A DNA stretch of 64,000 nt, from NCBI GenBank assembly GCA_028283245.1, contig JAPYNU010000046.1, positions 2,033 through 66,032 of the forward strand. The letters run 5' to 3'. Positions 35,962-44,920 of the stretch are shown here, one piece after another (position 1 is the first letter of the stretch; each line of letters opens with the position of its first letter). Source of the stretch: Candidatus Aldehydirespirator catecholifindens. Its GTDB lineage: Bacteria > Actinomycetota > Acidimicrobiia > Acidimicrobiales > Aldehydirespiratoraceae. A program made the translations under genes and the position numbers. Under the pieces are notes generated by a model. That model was not told the DNA's origin, made no database searches, and saw only the letters and a list, made by a program, of their open reading frames with translations.

Positions 35962-37746
35962 CTAGGTCGTCTCTGACTCTTCTGCTCCTTTCTTCTTGGT
36001 TTTCTTTGCTGACGGCTGGGTCTCTGGCACTGCTACCTCTGCCTCCCGTTCGAGCAGCTGAGCCTGAGTTTTTGGTGTTGCTGTCTTTGTGTCTTCTTTG
36101 ACTAGCCAGGCTTGAGGCTCGCTTTTTGGTTTTGGGTTTGCCGCGCGGGCTCGGGTTCGGGTGCTGTGGGCTGGGTCTCTGGCTCTGGCTCTGGTTCTGG
36201 TTGGGCTTGTTCTGTTTGTTTTGGTTTGGGTTGGTGATCGTTTGGGGTGTGGTGGTGGGTCTGGTGCGGGTTCGGGGTGTTGGTTAGTGGTGTGGGCTGG
36301 TCCGTATTGGGGTTGTAGCGCTGGGTTGTTGTTGGGTGGGTGCAGGGTGTGGTGGCCGTTGGTGTGGGTTTGGATGTGCCAGTTGTGGTGATGGATTTTG
36401 TGGTGACAGTTCCAGCAGACCATCACCATGTTGTTGACGCTGGTTTCTCCGCCTTGTGAATAGGGGATGATGTGATGGGCTTGACATATGGCGGGTGGTG
36501 CTCCGCAGTGGAAGCAGCCTCCGTAGTCGGTGAGAAGTGTTTGCCATTGGCTGTTGGTGACTGTGCGTCGTGATCTGCTGCGCCAGATCGCGTCTCCGCA
36601 ACGGTCATACACCAATCCTGTCCATCGCGCATTGCATGACAGTTCTTCGAGCACCGCTGTAGGTAGCCGGGAGCCGTCTGAGAGTTCAGTGATTAGTTCA
36701 CCGGTGGCATCGTCAACGTGCGCGACAAGCGTGATGTCAGCTACCCAACCCCCACCTGCGCTGCTGGACTGAACGCCGTCATCAGTGGTGCTTGCATCGT
36801 TGCCGGTTGCTGCCCTATCGGGTGCAGCCTCCTCACCGCCGTCGAATACTGCATCTACTGTCTGAGCATCGTGATCAGTAGTGCTTGCATCCTTGCCGGT
36901 TGCTGCACTACCGTTTGCAGCCTCCGCAACGCCGCCAGTTCTGGCATTTTGACCGTCGCTGATTCTGCTGTTGGGGTTTGCGGTGTTGTGATCTTTGCGG
37001 GCTCCACGGCTGCTGGCGCTGGCACTTGAGATGGTGGTGGTGGTGTGGTCTAGGGCGTCGGCCATGCATTGCGGGAACTTGCGGCGTTGAGCTTTTGGGA
37101 GTCGCTGATCTTTGTCGAACAATTTCTCAGCGAGGTGTCTGATCCGGTTTGAGATGCGTGTGCCGGTGATCTTGTCGAACTCGCCGTGCATGGCGATCAT
37201 GCCGTTTTCAGCGTCATAGAACTTCAAATATCGTCTATCATGTTGTCGCGCATACTCAGAAGCGCCGTTGTCTGCTTGCTGGCTGGTGATCCAACGCTGC
37301 GCAGCATTTTTGAATTGTTCAGGCCGCATAGAGCCTGCTTGCTGCAACAACAGAGCGTCTCCGGCTACCGCAGCAGCACCGGTTTTGGTGATCGCGTCAG
37401 CAAGCCTGCGTGCGTTAGCTGACGGGACTTCTCCAGCTTGCACCGCGTCACACAACTTCGGGACTTTACGCAATGCTTGCGCGGTTTTGACTTGGTTATG
37501 AGCTTCACCTTGCGACAATCCAGCAGACACCGCCAGTATTTCAGTGCCACCGTCGCCGTGTTGTTCACGAGCGGCGATCAACTCCGCAGCGGCGGTCTGA
37601 AACGCTGTGCCAGCAGCCATAAACACCCGTGTCTGCTCCAGTGCGTCACGCAGTTCCGCAGAAGCCACATCACCAGCATGCACCGCAGCGAGCATGCGTT
37701 TGGTGGCTGCGACTGCTTGTTGAGCGTCTCCTAAGATCATGAACAA
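35962..37746 (-). CDS. DUF222 + HNH endonuclease protein (actinobacterial 13E12-repeat-type) with a long Pro/Thr/Lys-rich C-terminal tail
   Basis: HNH core CFHCGAPPAICQAHHIIPYSQGGETSVNNMVMVCWNCHHKIHH with an N-terminal DUF222-like helical region. The tail beyond the HNH domain is ~150 aa. Confidence 0.8.
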   Translation of the reverse strand: MFMILGDAQQAVAATKRMLAAVHAGDVASAELRDALEQTRVFMAAGTAFQTAAAELIAAREQHGDGGTEILAVSAGLSQGEAHNQVKTAQALRKVPKLCDAVQAGEVPSANARRLADAITKTGAAAVAGDALLLQQAGSMRPEQFKNAAQRWITSQQADNGASEYARQHDRRYLKFYDAENGMIAMHGEFDKITGTRISNRIRHLAEKLFDKDQRLPKAQRRKFPQCMADALDHTTTTISSASASSRGARKDHNTANPNSRISDGQNARTGGVAEAANGSAATGKDASTTDHDAQTVDAVFDGGEEAAPDRAATGNDASTTDDGVQSSSAGGGWVADITLVAHVDDATGELITELSDGSRLPTAVLEELSCNARWTGLVYDRCGDAIWRSRSRRTVTNSQWQTLLTDYGGCFHCGAPPAICQAHHIIPYSQGGETSVNNMVMVCWNCHHKIHHHNWHIQTHTNGHHTLHPPNNNPALQPQYGPAHTTNQHPEPAPDPPPHPKRSPTQTKTNRTSPTRTRARARDPAHSTRTRARAANPKPKSEPQAWLVKEDTKTATPKTQAQLLEREAEVAVPETQPSAKKTKKKGAEESETT

Positions 37747-38150
37747 CAGTATAGATTAAGGGTATGACAAGAAGACCTAGCTCCAGCAAAAAATCATGTT
37801 GTTGAACAAAATTTGCTGAGGCCGTGCGGCCGTAGAGCAAGCCGATTCTGAGGGACCTCTCACAGCTAACACCGAACCCTCACCTCATCTCGCTAACACC
37901 GCTAACACCGCTAACCCCGAACCCTCACCTCGCCCAGCGATTTTGCATTGGAGCACGTCTTCGCCCTGGGATGGGTTCCCCTCAGCTAACCCCAGATTCG
38001 ACTCTCACCCCACCATCCCCGGCCCCGAAACCCACCCCAGCGAACCCGAGCCCAAACGCGAAGCAGCACTTTGAGTGGTGACGTTCTAGCGGCTTGCTCG
38101 ACTGAAATGCTCGACTTAACTGGTCAGCTTTGCTGGTTAGTTTTGTTACG

Positions 38151-38235
38151 CGGAGGGTGTGGGATTTGAACCCACGGAGGCTCTCGCCTCACACGCTTTC
38201 CAAGCGTGCCCATTCGGCCGCTCTGGCAACCCTCC
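38151..38235 (-). tRNA. tRNA-Ser (anticodon GGA), long variable arm, CCA not encoded
   Basis: Reverse complement: GGAGGGTTGCCAGAGCGGCCGAATGGGCACGCTTGGAAAGCGTGTGAGGCGAGAGCCTCCGTGGGTTCAAATCCCACACCCTCCG. Anticodon loop is TTGGAAA. Confidence 0.92.
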
Positions 38236-38328
38236 CCGGGCCTATGCCTTTGCACCAGAACAACCAGCCCCGGCCCTAGCAGTAGACACCGACCCATGAG
38301 GGTAACGTATGGTTGTTAGCCCCGCTTC

Positions 38329-38443
38329 GGGGTGTGACGGTCGGGTCCTGTGCAACGGGTGCCTGTGAACCGGGTCAGGGCCGGAAGGCAGCAGCTCTCA
38401 GCAGATCCCCCCGGGTGCCGCAGACCGCCTGACCGTCACTCCC
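38329..38443 (+). ncRNA. ffs: Signal recognition particle RNA (small bacterial SRP RNA, ffs)
   Basis: Conserved helix-8 core gtcagggccggaaggcagcagc at 38375-38396. The closing stem gtgacggtc (5') pairs with gaccgtcac (3'). The position between tRNA-Ser and dnaX is typical. The ends are approximate. Confidence 0.75.
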
Positions 38444-38445
38444 GG

Positions 38446-38681
38446 GAGCGGATTGCCACACCCGCCCAGAAGCGGATTCTCTCGCTTACCTGTGCAAGAT
38501 TGCCGCACCTCCCGGGAGCGGATTGCCGCACCTCCCGGCACAGGATTCTCGCACCCACCCGAGAGCGGATTGTCTTGCGCCTGCCTGCGAAAGATTATCG
38601 CACCTCTAGGAGCAGATTTTCGCACCCGCTCGGCACAGGACTCTCGCACCCGCCCGGCAGCAGATTTTCGCACCCACCTGT
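38446..38681 (+). repeat. Array of ~10 degenerate direct repeats of 21-26 bp between SRP RNA and dnaX
   Basis: The unit consensus is roughly gAGCgGATTnTCGCACCCnCCCGG, for example gagcggattgccgcacctcccgg, cacaggattctcgcacccacccga and gagcagattttcgcacccgctcgg. Units are contiguous with no spacers. Confidence 0.85.
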
Positions 38682-38713
38682 GAAGCTGTCATAGTCCAGC
38701 CCTAGAGTCCCTG

Positions 38714-40843
38714 TTGGTGCCATACCAGTCCCTTTACCGGCGTTACCGGCCTCAGAAGTTCTCGCAGATCAAAGGCCAAGACCATGTTGTGCGCGCTCTG
38801 CAAGGAGCAGTGCGAAACAGCCAGGTCGGCCACGCCTATTTGCTTCACGGCCCGAGAGGCAGCGGCAAGACATCTACCGCACGGGTGCTGGCCAAAGCGC
38901 TGAACTGCAAGAACCTCGGCGACGATGGCGAACCCTGCTGCACCTGCGAGTCATGCGTGTCAATCGGGCAGACCCTTTCTTTCGATCTGCAAGAACTTGA
39001 TGCCGCCTCCAACAACAGAGTTGACGACATGCGCGGCCTGCTCGAAAAGGTCAACTTGACCACCCCAGGGCGAGCGAAGGTCTACCTGCTCGACGAAGTT
39101 CACATGCTTACCTCAGGTGCTGAGAATGCGCTGCTCAAGACTCTGGAGGAACCGCCTGATCATGTGACCTGGGTTCTGGCCACCACCGAACCCCACAAGG
39201 TGGCTCAAACCATCCGCAGCCGCTGCCAAGTGTTTGAACTCGGCTTGATTGATGCCGATGTCATGTCGGAGCATTTGCGCGAGATTGTGGCTGACGCCGA
39301 GTTGGATGTTGCCGACGAGTTCATTGATCAGGCTGTGGCCAACGGTGGCGGGTCAGTGCGCGACACTCTGACCGCTCTTGAGCGGATCATTGCTGGGGGT
39401 GGCGAATCCGAGCTGGACTCATCAACCGATGCCATCGTTAAGGCGCTGGCTGCCAGCGATCGGTCTGGCGCTCTGGCAGCGCTGGAAGATGTTGTGGGGC
39501 GAGGCCGTGACCCCCGCACGATCGGTGAGATGACTCTGGCTGCGTTGCGTCACGCATTTCTTACCGCCATGGGCAACCCCCCGTCGCGAATGTCTGAGCA
39601 CGAACGCACCAGAGCAGCCGAACTTGCCGAAAGCATGTCGCCCGCAGCGCTCACTCGGGCGCTGGAAGTGCTGGGACAAGCCTTGATCGAGATGCGTCAG
39701 GCACCCGACCCCCGAATCGACATTGAGGTAGCGCTGATACGACTCTGCGACTCTGGGTCTGTTGAAGCCGATAGTGCAAAGCTGGAGGCTCTGGCTGAGA
39801 GGGTTCAACAGCTGGAAGACCGGTTGAACAACTCAAACAACTCAAGCAGTTCGTCTGATGTGGCCGCTGACGCACCGTCACCGTCCCCGTCGGCACCATC
39901 GGCCCCGTCCCCGTCGGCACCGTCACTATCGACACAAACAGCCTCGGCTGCACCAGTTCCACAGCCACCAGTGGCGCGCTCATCTGCAGGGGATGCGTCA
40001 CAGCCAAAGCCAAAGTCAAAGCCGGAGACATCAGCGCGTCGTCTGGGATCATCGCAAGGTCCTGCCGCGGCAGCACGTCAAAGGCTTTCTGAGCATCGCT
40101 CATCGTCCGGTGTTTCTGATGCTAAAGCGCCGCCCCCGACCCCTGCTGGTAAAGCGCCGAGCCCGAGTGCCGCGCCTGCGCCTGCGCCGCCGGTATCGCC
40201 GACAGCAGCGACATCGTCGACGCTTGATCTGCAGCAACTTCAGCAGATGCAGCCTCAGTCGCCTAGTGAAGTGGTGAAGTCGGCTGGCCAGCACCTCGGA
40301 CTTGACCGCGATTTCGTGATAGCTAGGGCAGTAGAGCTTGAACCCGATCAGCAGCGTCGCCGCGAACCCGGTCAACTGCAAGCGCTATGGCTGGATCTTG
40401 TGGCTCATGTCAACGAGTCAGACAGCGCAGTCCAGGCCGATGCGAGCCCCCCCGACGATGCGACTCCCGAGAATGCGACTCCCGACACTGAGTCAGCCCC
40501 TGAAGGCAACGGACAAACTGCGCCCGAGTCACAGCAACCAGATCAGCCGCCGGAGCAGCCGCAGCAGCCAGAGCAGCCGCCGGAGCAGCCAGATCAGCCA
40601 GGCGAGTCGCAGCAGTCAGAGCAGTCGCAGCAGCGCGGTTCTGAACCTGCAACCGACACCCAAGCTGCGCAGAACAATGCCGAGGACAAGTTGGGTGTTG
40701 ACAGCATGCACTCACTCAACGAATTAAACGAATCGGATGAAGCGCCGATCCATGCTCAAGATGTCACCGAGAAGATCGGAGCAGTGTTCCCGGGAACCGA
40801 GTTCACAGTGCAGCCTGACCCTGATTCAGCTTCAGCGTCGTAA
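38714..40843 (+). CDS. dnaX: DNA polymerase III subunit gamma/tau
   Basis: YRRYRPQKFSQIKGQDHV, Walker A HGPRGSGKTSTARVLAKALNC, a Zn module CCTCESC, and LDEVHMLT. There is a long Pro/Ala/Ser/Gln-rich C-terminal half. Confidence 0.95.
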   Translation: MVPYQSLYRRYRPQKFSQIKGQDHVVRALQGAVRNSQVGHAYLLHGPRGSGKTSTARVLAKALNCKNLGDDGEPCCTCESCVSIGQTLSFDLQELDAASNNRVDDMRGLLEKVNLTTPGRAKVYLLDEVHMLTSGAENALLKTLEEPPDHVTWVLATTEPHKVAQTIRSRCQVFELGLIDADVMSEHLREIVADAELDVADEFIDQAVANGGGSVRDTLTALERIIAGGGESELDSSTDAIVKALAASDRSGALAALEDVVGRGRDPRTIGEMTLAALRHAFLTAMGNPPSRMSEHERTRAAELAESMSPAALTRALEVLGQALIEMRQAPDPRIDIEVALIRLCDSGSVEADSAKLEALAERVQQLEDRLNNSNNSSSSSDVAADAPSPSPSAPSAPSPSAPSLSTQTASAAPVPQPPVARSSAGDASQPKPKSKPETSARRLGSSQGPAAAARQRLSEHRSSSGVSDAKAPPPTPAGKAPSPSAAPAPAPPVSPTAATSSTLDLQQLQQMQPQSPSEVVKSAGQHLGLDRDFVIARAVELEPDQQRRREPGQLQALWLDLVAHVNESDSAVQADASPPDDATPENATPDTESAPEGNGQTAPESQQPDQPPEQPQQPEQPPEQPDQPGESQQSEQSQQRGSEPATDTQAAQNNAEDKLGVDSMHSLNELNESDEAPIHAQDVTEKIGAVFPGTEFTVQPDPDSASAS

Positions 40844-40922
40844 ATGCCTATAACCATCAGCCAGGCATCAGGGCTGAGCAGAGGCGCACAGGCAACGCCT
40901 AAGGCATGAGAGCAGATCCAAG

Positions 40923-41540
40923 ATGAGCTATTCCAGCGCAGTGCAGGAACTGATCGATCAACTTGGTCGGTTGCCAGGTATCGGGCCGAAGTCGGCTCAG
41001 CGAGTGGCGTTTTACCTGCTGCGCTGCCCGCCCGAAGACGCTAACCGGCTCGCTCAAGCCATCGCTGAAGCCAAAGCGAGAGTGTCTTATTGCCCTAAAT
41101 GTTTCAACCTCGCTGAACAAGGCGGCCTCTGTGGCGTGTGTCGTGACCCCAAACGCGACCCACAGCTGCTGTGTGTCGTGGAGGATGCCCAAGACGTGGT
41201 AGCGGTGGAACGCACCGGCGAATTCTCGGGCTGTTATCACGTACTTCAGGGAGCTTTTAGCCCCATCGACGGTGTCGGTGTCGACCAGCTGCGCATCAAA
41301 GAACTCTTAACGCGGGTCACAGATGACGATGTCACCGAAGTGATCGTGGCTACCAACCCCAACTTGGAGGGTGAAGCCACTGCGATGCTGGTCAACAAGT
41401 ATTTGAAGCCTGCCGGGGTGCGGGTAACGCGCATCGCCAGCGGCCTGCCGGTAGGCGGCGACCTCGAATACGCCGATGAACTCACCCTGGGCCGCGCTTT
41501 TGAAGGCCGCCGCTCAATCGACGAACCCGAAAAAGCTTGA
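40923..41540 (+). CDS. recR: Recombination protein RecR
   Basis: [17 protein letters not shown] HhH motif, CPKCFNL...CGVC zinc finger, and a Toprim region [16 protein letters not shown]. Confidence 0.95.
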   Translation: MSYSSAVQELIDQLGRLPGIGPKSAQRVAFYLLRCPPEDANRLAQAIAEAKARVSYCPKCFNLAEQGGLCGVCRDPKRDPQLLCVVEDAQDVVAVERTGEFSGCYHVLQGAFSPIDGVGVDQLRIKELLTRVTDDDVTEVIVATNPNLEGEATAMLVNKYLKPAGVRVTRIASGLPVGGDLEYADELTLGRAFEGRRSIDEPEKA

Positions 41541-41573
41541 CCAGACATCTAGCCGCCGCAGGGTTTGGCTTAC

Positions 41574-41669
41574 CACTAACAGCGTTGGTTGCAGAGCCCG
41601 ACCGCCACTAACAGCGTTGGTTGCAGAGCCCGACCGCCACTAACAGCGTCGGTTGCAGAGCCCAAACGG
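41574..41669. repeat. Three tandem copies of a 32-bp unit
   Basis: cactaacagcgttggttgcagagcccgaccgc occurs twice perfectly (41574-41637) plus a third diverged copy. Confidence 0.92.
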
Positions 41670-41889
41670 CACGGCAACAAGCAAGCCGCCAAACTGCTCG
41701 GACTACCGATAGTGAACGTGAACCGATGGCGCAAACAACCGCCCACGTTTGAAACAATCGACCGAGCGATACAGCGAATGGGCATGCGGAAACCGGTCTC
41801 GCAGCCCACTCCACACTGAACCCACTGAGCTCAGCCAAGCGCCACAGCGCAGCCCTCCCCTCAGAAAGAGCGTCAGCATTCAGCGTAGA

Positions 41890-42447
41890 ATGAGCATCAT
41901 GCGCTCAGATCCTCATACGAACGAAACGATCATCTCCAGCGAAGCCCACGAAGAACTTCTGAGGTTGATGACACAACTCGAAGAACTGGCTAGCTCTGTG
42001 TTGCCTGTAGTGGATACGCCTGTCACTCACAACGACTATCGAGTCCATGACGGCTACAAGCAGGTGCTGGTAACAGCCTTACGTGCGTCAGAACTGCTGT
42101 CTGGCTGTAGCGACGAGTTGCCGGAAGCAGGGAGAGAGATCCCCGAGGGTGAGGTATGTGTGAGCCCCGTCGAAGTGAAGGCTTTGAGCCCGTACCGGAT
42201 CTGGCTGCGCTACGACGATGGGGTTGAGGGTGAAGTGGATTTATCGCATTTGGCGGGCAAGGGAGTTTATGTTGCCTGGGAAGAACCCACCTTCTTCTCT
42301 CGTGTGAAGCTCGGGCCGGGGGGAGGAATCGAATGGGGCGACGACGACCGCACCATAGACATATGCGGTGATGCTCTCTATATGAACATTACTGGAATGA
42401 CCCCAGAAGAGATGCTTCCGAGACTAATGCCTTTCAGAGATGCCTGA
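41890..42447 (+). CDS. DUF2442-domain protein with N-terminal helical extension
   Basis: C-terminal VEVKALSPYRIWLRYDDGVEGEVDLSHL...GIEWGDD..DICGDALY matches the DUF2442 pattern. The start is ATG 41890 or 41899; the listed 41749 is likely an extension. Confidence 0.65.
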   Translation: MSIMRSDPHTNETIISSEAHEELLRLMTQLEELASSVLPVVDTPVTHNDYRVHDGYKQVLVTALRASELLSGCSDELPEAGREIPEGEVCVSPVEVKALSPYRIWLRYDDGVEGEVDLSHLAGKGVYVAWEEPTFFSRVKLGPGGGIEWGDDDRTIDICGDALYMNITGMTPEEMLPRLMPFRDA

Positions 42448-42700
42448 GATCAGTCGCTTCTATGGGATAGTGATCACGATTTACCAGAACGATCACGGAC
42501 CCCCTCACTTTCACGCAAGGTATGGCTCTTCAAGGGCTGCGATTCAGATCAGCCGACCACGGGTCATCGAAGGACATCTCCCGCGGAGAGCAGAGCGTAT
42601 GGTGATTGAGTGGGCTACGGCGCATCGCCGCGAACTTGAAGATGCATGGGAGAAAGCGCAGCGGCATCTAGACCCTGGAAAGATCGCACCCCTACCCTGA
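42440..42700 (+). CDS. DUF4160-domain protein
   Basis: MPEISRFYGIVITIYQNDHGPPHFHARYG is the characteristic DUF4160 N-terminus. There is an 8-nt overlap with the DUF2442 gene. Confidence 0.75.
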   Translation: MPEISRFYGIVITIYQNDHGPPHFHARYGSSRAAIQISRPRVIEGHLPRRAERMVIEWATAHRRELEDAWEKAQRHLDPGKIAPLP

Positions 42701-42931
42701 GCGCCTTCGCAGGGGTTGAAGGATCTGTTGGTGAAGCCGCTGCTATTGCATAGTTGTTATCCGAGCGCCAACTGGGGCTGGTCGCGTCCGGTAGCCGCTC
42801 GCCAGCGAGACCATTCCTCGAACACTTCTTCGTGAGCGGCATCCAGGTCGCATAGCTCTGCTTCTGTGATGCCGAACTTTGTTCTGCTCATGCCAGCGCC
42901 TCGCGCAGCCAGATAGTAGTACCGTGAAGGC

Positions 42932-43555
42932 GTGACTGTTTCGCCAGTAGAGCTTGTTGCTCCCGCCGAGCCGCGCCTTACGTCTGATCCTGACAGTGCC
43001 GGTGCTCGACTCGCCGTGTCGCTCACCGACTGCGAACGCCGGATCGTAAACGCTTTACGGCATCGGTTTCTCGGCGGCACTGTGCATGAAATCGCTGCGC
43101 TCAGCGAGGTTTCGCTCAGCCATACTCGACGCTGCCTCGCCAAACTCGCTAACGATGGAGTAGCGCTAAGTGAGCGGCGCTCCTGTCGCTGGGGTTACGG
43201 GGATGTTGAGTGTGTCTTGTGGCAGCTCACCTACAGCAGTGTGTGCGTTGACATGATCGGTTTTCTGCCCATGACCGAAACGGCTGAACTTCCTGACCTA
43301 TACCCCGATATGGTGCCGCCGCCGTTTTGGAGCATCTTCTGGTCTACACCTGCTCAAAACCTGCGAGTGAGTCAACACGGTCTGTTCATTGCTCAGACGT
43401 TGCTTTCCGGCCCTGATGCCGGAGCAGCTTTATGGGCGCTCGCTGCTTTGCCGGTCGAAACTCTCAAAGAGTGCAGGCAACTGCTTGGCTGCAACACGGG
43501 AGAGATCGCCGCCAAGCTTGATAGCTGGATAGCCGCCCGTGATGTCAGCGATTGA
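42932..43555 (+). CDS. AbiEi-like type IV toxin-antitoxin antitoxin / winged-helix transcriptional regulator
   Basis: wHTH-like segment CERRIVNALRHRFLGGTVHEIAALSEVSLSHTRRCLAKLANDG. It overlaps the downstream AbiEii-like gene by 17 nt. Confidence 0.5.
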   Translation: MTVSPVELVAPAEPRLTSDPDSAGARLAVSLTDCERRIVNALRHRFLGGTVHEIAALSEVSLSHTRRCLAKLANDGVALSERRSCRWGYGDVECVLWQLTYSSVCVDMIGFLPMTETAELPDLYPDMVPPPFWSIFWSTPAQNLRVSQHGLFIAQTLLSGPDAGAALWALAALPVETLKECRQLLGCNTGEIAAKLDSWIAARDVSD

Positions 43556-44327
43556 TGCTTACGCTGATGTGCTCGGCGCACCTCAACGCCATATATGGGA
43601 GCGCGTAGCGGCGGTAGCAACAGCAATCGGCGGTGAGTTGATGGGCGGAACCGGTGTCGCTGTCCGTTTGCTGCATCGCGTTTCAGTTGATCTGGACGTA
43701 ATGACACCTCGCCCGCTATCAGGAGCGGATCTGCACAAGGCATTAGAAAAGCAGTTCGGGTCTGAGGTGAAAGTATTGAACCTCCACGCACATGTATGCC
43801 AGGTGATGGTGCATGGAGTTCATGTAGACCTGATCAGCGAAGCGCCCGGCAGCCCGTTCGCTCCCGACGGCGTAGACCGAATTGCAGAAGGCGAGCATGT
43901 GTGTGGGATGCCAGTTGCTTCTTTACCAGATCTGCTGGCAGCCAAGCTCTCAGCCCTCACGCAACGAGACGTTCTACGCGACTATCTAGACATTGCGGCC
44001 ATAGATCAGCGCACGCAGTGGAAGCTAGAAGACGGGCTCAAGGCATACCTTCAGCGGTATCGGCAACAACCCATCACGCGGACACTCAACGTGATCGTGC
44101 AGCGTTTAGCGGAAAGCGCTGCTGCTCCCGTTGATCCTCTCATGGAGTCCATGCGACTTTCTGTCGTGTCTCATCTCAACAAACGTTCAGCGATGTTGGC
44201 AGTCCCTGGCGGGTCGCCCTCCCTTGCCGGGGCAGGAAACGGCACTCCGATTATTCTTGACAACCAGCCGAAGATCTTGAAGCCTCCAATAATTGAGCCA
44301 CCTGACCCGACGACGGGCAACCGTTGA
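43539..44327 (+). CDS. Nucleotidyltransferase AbiEii/AbiGii-family toxin
   Basis: LMGGTGVAVRLLHRVSVDLDVMT (GG..R.S.DlD nucleotidyltransferase motif); ~260 aa. Confidence 0.65.
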   Translation: MMSAIDAYADVLGAPQRHIWERVAAVATAIGGELMGGTGVAVRLLHRVSVDLDVMTPRPLSGADLHKALEKQFGSEVKVLNLHAHVCQVMVHGVHVDLISEAPGSPFAPDGVDRIAEGEHVCGMPVASLPDLLAAKLSALTQRDVLRDYLDIAAIDQRTQWKLEDGLKAYLQRYRQQPITRTLNVIVQRLAESAAAPVDPLMESMRLSVVSHLNKRSAMLAVPGGSPSLAGAGNGTPIILDNQPKILKPPIIEPPDPTTGNR

Positions 44328-44386
44328 ACTGACGCGAAACGTTGCGGCAAGCTGATGCTTAACTGCTTGGCCTCTAGGCTGCTGTG

Positions 44387-44788
44387 ATGCTTACCGAAAT
44401 CGACCATGTAGCAATAGCTGTCCATGATCTTGACGCTGCTATCGACTGGTATCGCACCGCTCTCGGTGCTGAGGTGGCTCATCGCGAAGTGATTAGTCGC
44501 GACGGTGTGGAAGAAGCCATGCTTTCGGTCGCTGAGAGCTATGTGCAGCTAATCACCCCTACACGCCCAGATTCGCCGGTGGCCAAGTTCCTTGAAAAGC
44601 GTGGCGAGGGTTTGCATCATGTGGGTTATCGAGTGCCGGATTGTGCTGCAGCGCTGGAATCAATGCTGCAAGCCGGTGCCACCCCGATCGACACAGCCCC
44701 GAGGCCCGGCAGCCGCCACACCACCATTGCCTTCATTCACCCCAAAGGGTCATTCGGCACTTTGATCGAGCTAGTAGAAGAGCCTTAA
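44387..44788 (+). CDS. mce: Methylmalonyl-CoA epimerase (VOC/glyoxalase fold)
   Basis: IDHVAIAVHDLDAAIDWY, FLEKRGEGLHHVGYRV and FIHPKGSFGTLIELVE motifs. Confidence 0.85.
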   Translation: MLTEIDHVAIAVHDLDAAIDWYRTALGAEVAHREVISRDGVEEAMLSVAESYVQLITPTRPDSPVAKFLEKRGEGLHHVGYRVPDCAAALESMLQAGATPIDTAPRPGSRHTTIAFIHPKGSFGTLIELVEEP

Positions 44789-44920
44789 GCTTCGCTCGCC
44801 CATCGCTAACTAGAGACGAACCGACTATGGCGACGAACCGACTGCGTTGTTAGCTACCAGGGATAAAGGGTCAGCAACAGGCGATAACGATGGGCAAGCA
44901 AGACAGAGAGGGTCGCAAAG

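Noticed and set aside
38350-38694. ORFs of 114, 91 and 76 aa across the ffs-dnaX spacer, and the possibility that the repeats form a CRISPR array
   Set aside because: The peptide periodicity simply mirrors the ~23-bp DNA repeats. One ORF also starts inside the SRP RNA. The repeat units are contiguous without unique spacers, and no cas genes are present, so this is a tandem repeat and not a CRISPR array or coding sequence.
38714-40843. Programmed ribosomal frameshift site for a short gamma product in dnaX
   Set aside because: No A-rich slippery heptamer (A AAA AAG type) followed by a hairpin was seen on reading the gene, so no claim is made.
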